Shown: positions 30,410 to 39,243, numbered from the whole stretch's first letter. The stretch: 63,505 bases of DNA, filler included, from 5 parts of 5 records of this genome joined end to end with filler, not necessarily neighbours in it; one strand, 5' to 3'. Numbers and translations are program-made. The notes: generated by a model from the sequence alone, not told the origin.

Positions 30410-31252
30410 TTAGTTTAACTGAGTTACTATAAGGTCATTTTTACTACACCCCAGCATTTCTGCCATTGGTTCGCATTTTGCCATAAGCAAAAAAAATGTG
30501 TTTGGGTGTTTCTCGTTCATCAATCCCTCAAAATTGCCTTGTCCTTTTGAAATGATTAAGTCTGTATTACTATAAGCTTGTATAAACTCATCGGAACAAA
30601 ACTCCAATAAAGTTGAAGGGGCATCGAAACCATTGTCTATTACCTTGCATATCTTGTTGATGCCAGTTTGTTTGGCATCATCAAGTGTAATGTCGTTAAT
30701 TACCGGCGCACCTCTTGTAACAAAAGTTACATTGGGATGACGTATAGTTTCAAGCAGCAACCGGTCGAAAAACACTTCTCCGGCATTGTCACCCAGGTAT
30801 AATATCCTTTCAGCCTTATCAATAGCTTTCTTGAACTCTTTTGATTTGTCAATTGCAAAGGGAGTGTTTATTAAATTTTTTATTTGTTCCTTAATATCTC
30901 CATTTACGCTGTGCGCCCCATAGTCAATAATGTTTCCTGCTACGGTAAGTTTCACTGCCGTATAAAAAGGATTATCACTGTTGTCGATATAGTCTCGCCA
31001 ATATTTGTAATCTTCTAATAATATTTTATTGGCACTTAATTTCTCACTGGCGTACAAATCTTTAGCATTCAGTTTTTGTTTTGCTATGCGGTGAATATCA
31101 GTTGCCAATTTAGGGTTAACCATATTGCGGTTATCACCTAATATTTCATGCACCGAAAAGATAAAATCCTCGGCAACCTCTATGGGAGGATTAAACTTCA
31201 CAAGTAGATTTTGAACTGTTTTAATATGACAGAAATAGCATTCTGGTCTCAT
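30410..31252 (-). CDS. DUF89/ARMT1-like damage-control phosphatase
   Basis: CYFC, AGNIIDYG, DNAGE, PVIND, SKGQGNFEGL. Confidence 0.9.
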   Translation of the reverse strand: MRPECYFCHIKTVQNLLVKFNPPIEVAEDFIFSVHEILGDNRNMVNPKLATDIHRIAKQKLNAKDLYASEKLSANKILLEDYKYWRDYIDNSDNPFYTAVKLTVAGNIIDYGAHSVNGDIKEQIKNLINTPFAIDKSKEFKKAIDKAERILYLGDNAGEVFFDRLLLETIRHPNVTFVTRGAPVINDITLDDAKQTGINKICKVIDNGFDAPSTLLEFCSDEFIQAYSNTDLIISKGQGNFEGLMNEKHPNTFFLLMAKCEPMAEMLGCSKNDLIVTQLN

Positions 31253-31264
31253 CCTTTGATTATA

Positions 31265-31633
31265 TTAATGTCCGCTACATTCATGGTCAGTTCCATGATT
31301 ACAATAATTAGCAGTAAAATTTAACGTCCCTTTTAGGTGTCCTTCTACCAGTTTAACAGCACTTAACTGTGGTGCGCCTACAAAAGCATTTACTCCATTT
31401 TGATTAAAAAGCTGTATAGCTTTTTGTCCCATCCCTCCGGCTATAATGTCCGTTACGCCTTTCTCACCCAGCCATCGGGGCAACAAACCAGGTTCGTGTG
31501 GGGGAGGCACAACTTTTTCTTCTGATGTAATCTTGTCGCCATTGGTATTTACCAATGCAAAAAACTTACAATGCCCAAAATGGGCATCTAATATTCCTGT
31601 TTCGTTAACAGGCACTGCAATTTTTTTTGTCAT
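31265..31633 (-). CDS. NifB/NifX family (iron-molybdenum cofactor-binding domain) protein
   Basis: HFGHC, PPHEPG, AGGMG, CNH..H.C tail. Confidence 0.9.
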   Translation of the reverse strand: MTKKIAVPVNETGILDAHFGHCKFFALVNTNGDKITSEEKVVPPPHEPGLLPRWLGEKGVTDIIAGGMGQKAIQLFNQNGVNAFVGAPQLSAVKLVEGHLKGTLNFTANYCNHGTDHECSGH

Positions 31634-31638
31634 GTTTA

Positions 31639-32382
31639 TTAAATTTTTCTAATGATATAAATGATTAATATACCTGTTAAAATCAGGCTCACTTGTGCTA
31701 AAGAATCTTTGAACTTGGTTTTTCTGTGCATTTGCGGTACAAGGTCGGCCAATGCTATATAAATAAAGCTTGCTGCGGAAAAAGCCAATACATAAGGAAT
31801 TAGTTTATTTGCTGCTTCAAGTGTAAAATATGCCAGCAAACCACCTAAATAGGTAGTAGCCCCAGATAAAAGATTAAATGTTAATGCCTTTACTTTGGAA
31901 TATCCGTTGTTTATCAGTACTCCAAAATCGGCTAATTCCTGTGGGATTTCGTGAGCAAAAACAGTAATTGTTACTATTATCCCGAATTTGTGGGATGTGT
32001 AAAAAGCAGCAACAATAATTACTCCGTCAATAAAATTATGAAGGGCATCACCTATCAAAATCAAAGGAGCAGTTGCATTATTATGTCGTTCACAGTTTTT
32101 ATTCTCACATGTACGCCATAAAATCAACTTTTACAGCACAAAGAAAACAATGATTCCAGATAATGTTAAGCCTAAGATAGTTTCTGTATTTTCTGCTGTT
32201 TTAATGGCTTTCGGTAACATTCCAAGGAACGCAGCCCCTAATAGTGTTCCTCCTGCTAAAGTAAGTAGATGAGACGATACTTTTTCTAATTTACAGTTAT
32301 CTAAAAACAATAACCCACCAGCGAGAAATATACTTCCTACACTTCCAATAGTCAATGCTATAATTATATAAAGTATAAACAT
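31639..32382 (-). pseudogene. ZIP family metal transporter interrupted by an in-frame TAA
   Basis: Reads ...FFVL*KLILWR... in one frame with the stop at 32131-32133; GDALHNFIDG and AHEIPQE motifs downstream. Confidence 0.8.
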
Positions 32383-32465
32383 CTTTAAACCCGTTATTTG
32401 AATTAAATAATCGCATACCTGAAGGATACACGATTATCTAAAACTGAGTTTTAAACTACCTGAAA

Positions 32466-32672
32466 TCAAGCGTTCCCCATTCCATTCCTTCTACCCAAAC
32501 CTTTACCTGCACCTCTACCTGTTCTTCTGCCAAACCCTCTTCCTAATCCACGAGAAGTTTCATTAGCATCAATTTGTTCGGTAGTTTCCCGGTTGTTGGG
32601 ATTACATTTCCCCATTTTACGGCCTGTCTGAGAACCTTGTCCCTCTGGGCCTGTTCTATCAAATCTTGGCAT
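32466..32672 (-). CDS. DUF5320 family Gly/Arg-rich protein
   Basis: MPRFDRTGPEGQG..TGR.MG.C and GRG repeats. Confidence 0.85.
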   Translation of the reverse strand: MPRFDRTGPEGQGSQTGRKMGKCNPNNRETTEQIDANETSRGLGRGFGRRTGRGAGKGLGRRNGMGNA

Positions 32673-32676
32673 AATT

Positions 32677-32994
32677 CTAATTTTTAAGTTTATTAATGAT
32701 ATTTTCAATTGTTAAGTTGTCATCTTGTAGGATGACCATTTGAATTTCAAACTTATCCAACAGCTCTTTAGCTTTTGGGCCAAAGTCGCCTGAGATTATT
32801 TTTTTAACATTTAATTCAATAGCCTTTTCAGCAGCCTTCGTACCTGCACCATTAGATGCATTGAGATTCACGTTTTCAATGAACTCTGCTTCTCCGGTTT
32901 GTTCATCGTAAATACAAAACCATGCGGCCCTTCCAAAACGCTTATCAAAAACCGCAGTTGTTATATTTCCAGATGATGTTATTATTGTTTTCAT
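32677..32994 (-). CDS. NifB/NifX family protein
   Basis: RFGRA, GAG, SGDFGPKA. Confidence 0.88.
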   Translation of the reverse strand: MKTIITSSGNITTAVFDKRFGRAAWFCIYDEQTGEAEFIENVNLNASNGAGTKAAEKAIELNVKKIISGDFGPKAKELLDKFEIQMVILQDDNLTIENIINKLKN

Positions 32995-33401
32995 ATATCA
33001 TTTTTTAAAAGATTAATATTAATAGATGAACACATTGCACAGCAGTGCTTGTTTTGTGTTTTAGGTATAGTAAATCGTGCATTGCATATATGGCATTCAT
33101 ACCAGTTTTTATCTAATAATGCGTTTCCATAAACCGTTCTGATTTCTTTTACCTCAACCATTGCCTTTGCAATTTTTCTTCTTGCGCTTTCGTAAATTCT
33201 TGCAAAGGTAGGACGGGAAATGCCCATCACTTTTGCTGCTGTTTCGTGGTTCATAAAATCATAATCCGACAATTTTATAGCTTCGTATTCTTCATAAAGC
33301 AATTCAATAAATTCATTTTTAGAATGATTTGCCCCATAAGGTTTATATCCTTTAAATCCAGGAGGAGCAATCACTTTCCTTAACCTTCTACGCCTTGGCA
33401 T
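32991..33401 (-). CDS. DUF134 predicted DNA-binding protein with C-terminal zinc ribbon
   Basis: MPRRRRLR, EEYEAIKLSD, HTH AAKVMGISRPTFARI, CHIC...CAMC. Confidence 0.9.
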   Translation of the reverse strand: MPRRRRLRKVIAPPGFKGYKPYGANHSKNEFIELLYEEYEAIKLSDYDFMNHETAAKVMGISRPTFARIYESARRKIAKAMVEVKEIRTVYGNALLDKNWYECHICNARFTIPKTQNKHCCAMCSSININLLKNDI

Positions 33402-33420
33402 ACTGACAACTAAATATTTA

Positions 33421-33466
33421 AATGAGAATAATCTCATTACAAATATAATGAGATATATCTCATTAT
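33421..33466 (-). promoter_or_regulatory. Promoter (-7 TATATTTG) flanked by two AATGAG-N6-CTCATT palindromes
   Basis: AATGAGAATAATCTCATT at 33421-33438; ATAATGAGATATATCTCATTAT at 33445-33466; CAAATATA at 33440-33447. Confidence 0.75.
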
Positions 33467-33530
33467 GAAAATTTATTGATTCTTTTTTTAAATTCTATAT
33501 TACATTGTCTACAGGTCGGTACAAGGGAAG

Positions 33531-33622
33531 TATGTTAACCATGTTTACCTCATGTTAACCGCTAAGGAGTTGTAATACTGAATAATAAGATATTTGGTTA
33601 ACACGGTTAACATAGTTAACAA
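33531..33622. repeat. Convergent 9-bp iteron-like repeats
   Basis: Three ATGTT(A/T)ACC copies, then three inverted (G/A)GTTAACA copies at 9-bp period. Confidence 0.75.
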
Positions 33623-33659
33623 AATTTTTAGTTCAACATCTTTTCAAGTTTAATAAGGA

Positions 33660-33690
33660 CAAAAAAAATACCGATTAAAACGGTATTTAT
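33660..33690 (-). terminator. Intrinsic terminator of the primase gene
   Basis: AAATACCG-loop-CGGTATTT followed by a T-run on the minus strand. Confidence 0.6.
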
Positions 33691-36386
33691 AAGTTCAGTT
33701 CAACATCATTTATTATTATCCCAAAGCCTTCGGGTATGTCTTCATATTTAAACCGATAACAGCTTCCTAAAGGTTTTTTATTAATTGCCTTATCTCTCGA
33801 CTTTTGAGTTGTATTCTGAATGAAAGATGTATTGCCTTTTGATGTGAGCAATGATTTCAATGAGTTCGCATCTAAATCATTTAATCCGTTCTTTTTCACA
33901 TATTCCTTGTAATATGGAAACAGGAGAGGAAATTTAATAAACAGGTTCTTATTTACCGGGTCTTTTAGGTAATGCGTGTTTACCTTAATCTCACTTTTTG
34001 GTTGGCTCAGTTTAAAAGCAATTGCTTCCCAAAATATGGTGACATCTTTAATGGTACTGGCCATCTCATTTTGCTTAATTGTATTCTCAAAAACGGACTG
34101 TTTGTATGTTGGATAATCAAATGGAAGCTCCAAATTGTTTTGTAAAAGCTGAACAGGAGTTAGTAATAAGGCTATATGCTTAATCTGTCGGTCAGAAATT
34201 TCAGTAACAGCCGTTATTTCCGGTTTAAGTTCGTAAAAGATAGAATCAAACACCGTTTTAAACTTCGATTCAATTGTATTCCTGTATTTTAGAAGTTCCC
34301 TGGTTATATTACAAAATCCCTGTTCTTTTTCTTTTAAAAGAGTTTTATAAGCTTGGGTACTGTCATCAGAAAACTTATTGTCCTCAAAATGTAGCACTAT
34401 CATTCGGGCAAATAATGCAGCTTCAGAAGTGGGCAGCTCGTTACCATCTACCATACAAGCAGAGCTAATTTCAAGTGTTGTGGTTTTATTATCGTTACTT
34501 TTTTGAGCCATCGTATAAAGTTCTCCATCGTAACCTGTTTTAAAAACATCAACAGTTTTCTTATCAATGGCGTTAGTGTATTCTTTCAGATAATAAAGTG
34601 CATTATTTCGTTGAGTAAGCGAACGAGAAAAACCTTTATCGGTTGAATTTAATAATGATATGCCATGATTAGGCTCTCCAAACAAATGCAGAAAGAAATT
34701 TACAAAGTTTGATTTACCTGCTCCCTGGTCTCCAAAAAGGAATAGAAATGGAAAAAAGCCTGTAAGTTCAAGTATGTAATCACGATACAAAGCAAGTATA
34801 ATGAAGGAAATACCAATTGCACCATTAATACCATAAGCTTTATAAATCAGTTCTGACCATTCTTTAAAATTCAGGTTTCCTGCTTTGTATGTAAATTTTC
34901 GTTGTCCGGAATAGCTTTTGTCATCAAGATTGGTATATGCAAATGGAGGTAAGTAAAAGGCGGATTTACCATGATTCACAATACCTAGCTTATCCGGATA
35001 AAGCAATTTATTATCATGTGTTATTGTTGCATCCGCAAAACAATAGGCTTTTGATTCTTGCTGATAGCCAAGCTGATTAACAGCGATAGCATTTTTTTCA
35101 TTATCGTACAGGTAAGTCAGAATTGTGTCAAGATTTTGGGTGTTTCCAAAGAAAGTTAAGCCACGCCCGGATATGCTACGAATTACTTTCTTAAACTTAT
35201 CGAGGTTTAGCTCCGAACTTGTAATTTCATTTACCGTAATCTCTCCGGTATTTCGTTGAAACTTAATCAAGCGTTTGCTTTCTTTTGTGCCATCCATTAA
35301 GTGATAAACCGAATCCATCAGGAAGTTGGATAGCTTTCTTTCTACAGGTTTGCTTTTATGAAACTCATTGGCATAGTAGCATCCATTTTTCTTATAAAAG
35401 TTATATTCTTCGATATCGGTCAGTTCATCAATGCTGAATTTTGGAATAGGCTTATTAATAATATCTTCCCAAAGCAATTGGTAATTGTTCATGTTTTGAA
35501 GAAAGTCAACTATTGTTTTGTCCTGAAGTAAATCATTGGCATCCTTATTTTCAGGTAATATCAACCTGCGAAGCGATTTAATGTCAAATCGGTTGGATAA
35601 AATAAAATCTTGATAATACTCTGCACATTTATTTCCTGCATTATCGTTATCCATTGCCAATACAACATTCTTGCCCTCAATATACTTCTGTAGGATTTTA
35701 GGATTCTTGATTTTATTCTCTGTGGAAAACAAAGCTATGGATGAACAGCCTTTCATAGATAGAGCATTTACAACGCCCTCCTGTATAAAAACAACATCAT
35801 AATCAGGATTGTACATTTTATCATAGATGCTACCGTTTAACGTTCCGTTATTTTTTGCTTTTGGCTTACCCTTTGTAGGATTAATCATCCTGCGATTAAT
35901 AAGTTGATTATTGGCATCAATAAAGACAATGGCATTAGCGTGTGAATCGTACCAATAACTATCATCAGGCAAAGCATCAATAAAACTAATTCCACGAGAT
36001 TTTAGGTAATAAGTAGCAGTTTCTTTAGGATTGTTTTTTATCGCAAAAAGCATTTTGTCGAAAGCACTTTTTACATTCTGTGATGGTTGAAACGTCTCTT
36101 TTATACCGAGATATTCCTCCTGTAAATATTTGATAGCCTTATGTTCGTTCCAACCTGAGTTTAGAGAAATTAAAAAATCAATAGTACTTCCACCGGAACC
36201 ACATGAAAAACATTTGTAGAAATTATTTTTCTTTTTAATGCTAAAAGCCGGAGATTGGTTCATGCCTTTTCCACTACCGCAAAAAGGACATTTTTCCAGT
36301 TGATTGGTTTTATTGAAGCAAGTTCCGGTTTCCTTTTCAATAAGTGCTTTTATATCAATTTGCTTTACTTTTTCAATTGTCTGCAT
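33687..36386 (-). CDS. Primase-helicase (zinc finger + Toprim + P-loop NTPase) of a mobile element
   Basis: CPFC...YKCFSC zinc finger; Toprim QEG...DNDNAG...KDAND; Walker A GDQGAGKS. Confidence 0.88.
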   Translation of the reverse strand: MQTIEKVKQIDIKALIEKETGTCFNKTNQLEKCPFCGSGKGMNQSPAFSIKKKNNFYKCFSCGSGGSTIDFLISLNSGWNEHKAIKYLQEEYLGIKETFQPSQNVKSAFDKMLFAIKNNPKETATYYLKSRGISFIDALPDDSYWYDSHANAIVFIDANNQLINRRMINPTKGKPKAKNNGTLNGSIYDKMYNPDYDVVFIQEGVVNALSMKGCSSIALFSTENKIKNPKILQKYIEGKNVVLAMDNDNAGNKCAEYYQDFILSNRFDIKSLRRLILPENKDANDLLQDKTIVDFLQNMNNYQLLWEDIINKPIPKFSIDELTDIEEYNFYKKNGCYYANEFHKSKPVERKLSNFLMDSVYHLMDGTKESKRLIKFQRNTGEITVNEITSSELNLDKFKKVIRSISGRGLTFFGNTQNLDTILTYLYDNEKNAIAVNQLGYQQESKAYCFADATITHDNKLLYPDKLGIVNHGKSAFYLPPFAYTNLDDKSYSGQRKFTYKAGNLNFKEWSELIYKAYGINGAIGISFIILALYRDYILELTGFFPFLFLFGDQGAGKSNFVNFFLHLFGEPNHGISLLNSTDKGFSRSLTQRNNALYYLKEYTNAIDKKTVDVFKTGYDGELYTMAQKSNDNKTTTLEISSACMVDGNELPTSEAALFARMIVLHFEDNKFSDDSTQAYKTLLKEKEQGFCNITRELLKYRNTIESKFKTVFDSIFYELKPEITAVTEISDRQIKHIALLLTPVQLLQNNLELPFDYPTYKQSVFENTIKQNEMASTIKDVTIFWEAIAFKLSQPKSEIKVNTHYLKDPVNKNLFIKFPLLFPYYKEYVKKNGLNDLDANSLKSLLTSKGNTSFIQNTTQKSRDKAINKKPLGSCYRFKYEDIPEGFGIIINDVELNL

Positions 36387-36427
36387 CTGCAATGTTATTG
36401 AGCCATAACCTGGCTGTTTAAATCCTT

Positions 36428-37546
36428 TTATTCTTCTTTCCCTGTGCTTTCATCATCTTCCTCAATGGTCAAACGCTGTTTTTCCTTTTCGAGATGCTGA
36501 ACCATGCTGTTGGTTAGCTCTTTGCTTTCCATGCAATTGCCAATTATTGTTATCATGTAAATAGCAAATTGGATATCGCTTTGCTTGAGTGCTTTTGCAG
36601 TATCATTTATGGCATTGAATATTTGTTTTTGCTGCTCTGTTTTTGGGATAGGCATTTCTTCTATATCAACATCGTGTTGGGCAATGGAAGCATGTCCTTG
36701 CAATTCTTCATCCTCTTCAACAAAACCCAGGGCAGCTTGTAACTCATCCTTTGATAAGCCCATTAATTCAGCAGCCTTTGGGCTATTCCCAAGTATCTTA
36801 CTTCCAATTCCTGACAGTACACCTGTGGCTACACGTTTCAATAGTTCCGTGTTTGAATATCCGGCAAGTCGGGTTTCCAGTTCTGATACCTCTGTTTTGT
36901 AAGCCGTATTTGCTTTTTCTAATTCCTGATTTTGGTTTTTTAGGCTATCTCGTTCAGTAGTTATTTCATGCAACTGTTTTTTCAGTGTATTGAGTTCGGT
37001 TTCCTGTTTGTAATCGCTAAGTTTTCTCTCAAACTGCATCAAGGTGTTTTCATACCGGGAATTATTGACAGCCCCCAATAATCCTGCTAAACCATTTAGA
37101 GCATTACCATTGTTTTCATTCTCAGTTTCATTACCTGTTAATGCACTGAATAGCATATTGAGGTTTTCAATACTTCCCAATCCACCTATATTATTACTGA
37201 ATTGGTATTTTTTAATGGCCATATCAACCGCCTGTTCTATTTGAGATTGATTTGTTGTGGGTTTCTCATTTTTGCTGTTATCATCTAAATCAATGTTGTA
37301 TCGGGTAACTAATCCGGCTTTTGGACTTTTACCACGATAAATATCTACTTTGATATTACCGCCATCTTGATTGACAATATCTTTAGCCGATTTCATGTTC
37401 TCATTAAAGGCCTCGATATTATTGGTTCGGGGTACAATCAGTATATGTCCTGAAATGTCTTCGACTAATATTTCATAAGCGTAAGTTGCGTTTTCTTGCA
37501 AATTCCGATATATGGCATCTTGTAAATTGCTATGTTTTTCCTTCAT
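36428..37546 (-). CDS. Hypothetical coiled-coil protein
   Basis: 372 aa; heptad-rich central region; Gly-Leu-rich segments (GGLGS, LNGLAGLLG). Confidence 0.75.
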   Translation of the reverse strand: MKEKHSNLQDAIYRNLQENATYAYEILVEDISGHILIVPRTNNIEAFNENMKSAKDIVNQDGGNIKVDIYRGKSPKAGLVTRYNIDLDDNSKNEKPTTNQSQIEQAVDMAIKKYQFSNNIGGLGSIENLNMLFSALTGNETENENNGNALNGLAGLLGAVNNSRYENTLMQFERKLSDYKQETELNTLKKQLHEITTERDSLKNQNQELEKANTAYKTEVSELETRLAGYSNTELLKRVATGVLSGIGSKILGNSPKAAELMGLSKDELQAALGFVEEDEELQGHASIAQHDVDIEEMPIPKTEQQKQIFNAINDTAKALKQSDIQFAIYMITIIGNCMESKELTNSMVQHLEKEKQRLTIEEDDESTGKEE

Positions 37547-37804
37547 TGTTGCATTTTTTTATGTTGTACTTAGTTCTTGTGGTATTAAAAGCTATTGGTC
37601 AGGTACATTTTTCTATAAAAAGCTATTATGACCAACTTTGCTGCGATTATTACCTATTGTGAGCAATTAAATTCTACTAAATAGCTACTTTTCTATGTGT
37701 TGCAGCTATTAATAGTGACTGCTCATCTATTATTTTTTAAAACTCCATTTGTGATTTTCTCTTTGACTTACTTCTAACAATACTTCGTTAAACTTTTAAA
37801 CGGC

Positions 37805-37904
37805 NNNNNNNNNNNNNNNNNNNNNNNNNNNNNNNNNNNNNNNNNNNNTTAATTAATTAANNNNNNNNNNNNNNNNNNNNNNNNNNNNNNNNNNNNNNNN
37901 NNNN
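37805..37904. other. Artificial contig linker
   Basis: N-run + TTAATTAATTAA + N-run. Confidence 0.99.
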
Positions 37905-38084
37905 ACATAGAGCGATAAGGGTACTTACAACAAGTGATAAGAGTAATTACATAGAGTGATAGGAGCACTTACAACAAGCGATAAGAGTAGTTACATAGAG
38001 TGATAGGAGTACTTACAACAAGTGATAAGGGTACTTACATAGAGCGATAAGAGTACATACATCAAGTGATAGTAAGCATTACAT
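37905..38084. repeat. 22-bp tandem repeat array (~8 units, alternating variants)
   Basis: Units start at 37925, 37947, 37969, 37991, 38013, 38035 and 38057; TTACATAGAGYGATARGRGYAC-like units alternate with TTACAACAAGYGATAAGRGTAN-like units. Confidence 0.92.
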
Positions 38085-38248
38085 ACAGCAAGAAAAAACG
38101 AAAAAGGAGGTCAAAAAATGAAACAGTAGATGAATAAAGGCAAGTTTTAGGCGAAACAAGCAACGAATAGGTATAGATTCTTAATTGAATGCTATTCAAA
38201 CAAAGATTCACCCTATGTAGGTGAAAGTGTTAACTTAAATTGTTATTT

Positions 38249-39175
38249 ATGAATTACATACAACAGCAGTTGGTCAGGCAGATGAAAAGTTTCTTGGCTT
38301 TTAAAAAGGAGCACGAAACAGAAATAGCTGAAAATCCTTTGTTGGTGAATATGGTGACTGATATTGAAAATATCGATATTGATGTGACCGCTCTAATGGC
38401 TCAACAGGATAGAAACAGCAAAGCTCTTACTCATGAAAAATCATCGAAAAGCGAGGTTCTGGTTGATAAAGTGGTGAACACTTGCGATTTATTGAACAGT
38501 TATGGCAATTACGTGAATTTTGCCGTGTTTACCAACATCGAAGGTTGTAGCAGAACTGAGTTATCGCGATGCAGAGATGAGGAGTTATTAATTCGCGCAG
38601 GAAAAGTAAAAGACATTCTGAGCGATAACCCTACTGAGGCAAGCGAGGCAACCGTAACAGCCGAAGATATTACGGCTTTGGAAACTGCAATTGCAGATGT
38701 ACAAGCCGTAATTGATATCCCTCAGGAATTCAGAAGGATTCAGCATGAAATTACCTTAAAGCTGGATACGGATCTGAATAATTACAAAGGCATCATGAAC
38801 AATTCTTTAAAGGATTACATGCATTCGAAGTATAAGGTGGCGAAGCCTGAATTTTATGCTGCATTTGCTTTATCGGTTGAGATAGATGCTTTACCACAGC
38901 GTAAAAGAGCTTTGATAGGAACCATTACAGATGATAATGGCGAGCCGATTCGAAACGTGCGCGTTTCGGTTGATGGTGCAAAGCCAATTATTAAAGGTGG
39001 ACAAAAGGGTGGATACTTTTTCCAGAACTTAACTGCAGGTCAGCATCAGTTGACTTTTAGCAGAAAATCCTACCAATCGGTTACGGTGAACATTTTAATT
39101 GTTCCCGATCACACTGCCACTTTAGATGTGGTATTGAAGTATATAGAAGTAGAAGAAGCAGTTGCCGCAGAGTAG
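38249..39175 (+). CDS. Helical protein with C-terminal carboxypeptidase regulatory-like domain
   Basis: GTITDDNGEPIRNVRV...GYFFQNLTAGQHQLTFS..Y. Confidence 0.75.
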   Translation: MNYIQQQLVRQMKSFLAFKKEHETEIAENPLLVNMVTDIENIDIDVTALMAQQDRNSKALTHEKSSKSEVLVDKVVNTCDLLNSYGNYVNFAVFTNIEGCSRTELSRCRDEELLIRAGKVKDILSDNPTEASEATVTAEDITALETAIADVQAVIDIPQEFRRIQHEITLKLDTDLNNYKGIMNNSLKDYMHSKYKVAKPEFYAAFALSVEIDALPQRKRALIGTITDDNGEPIRNVRVSVDGAKPIIKGGQKGGYFFQNLTAGQHQLTFSRKSYQSVTVNILIVPDHTATLDVVLKYIEVEEAVAAE

Positions 39176-39213
39176 GCTGTTCTTAATTCTCTTTTGTTTT
39201 GCCTAAAGTATAT

Positions 39214-39243
39214 GAGCCACCAAGCAATTGGTGGCTTTTTTAT
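39214..39243 (+). terminator. Intrinsic terminator
   Basis: AGCCACCAA-GCAA-TTGGTGGCT followed by a T-run. Confidence 0.85.

Larger units (their letters stand above)
33500..37804 (-). mobile_element. Truncated primase-encoding integrative or satellite-like element
   Basis: Primase-helicase, an unknown gene and iteron-like repeats; no integrase within the contig; boundaries approximate. Confidence 0.6.

Noticed and set aside
32131-32133. Recoded stop (selenocysteine or pyrrolysine) in the ZIP gene
   Set aside because: The codon is TAA, not TGA or TAG, and the expected residue is Glu
31265-32994. Nitrogen fixation cluster inferred from NifB/NifX domains
   Set aside because: No nifH, nifD or nifK; these small domains are common in non-diazotrophic anaerobes
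33514-33540. Xer dif/cer-like site GGTCGGTACAA-GGGAA-GTATGTTAACC
   Set aside because: The spacer is 5 bp rather than 6 or 8, and the right arm is better explained as the first iteron-like repeat
37905-38084. CRISPR array
   Set aside because: Units are contiguous with no unique spacers, and no cas genes are present
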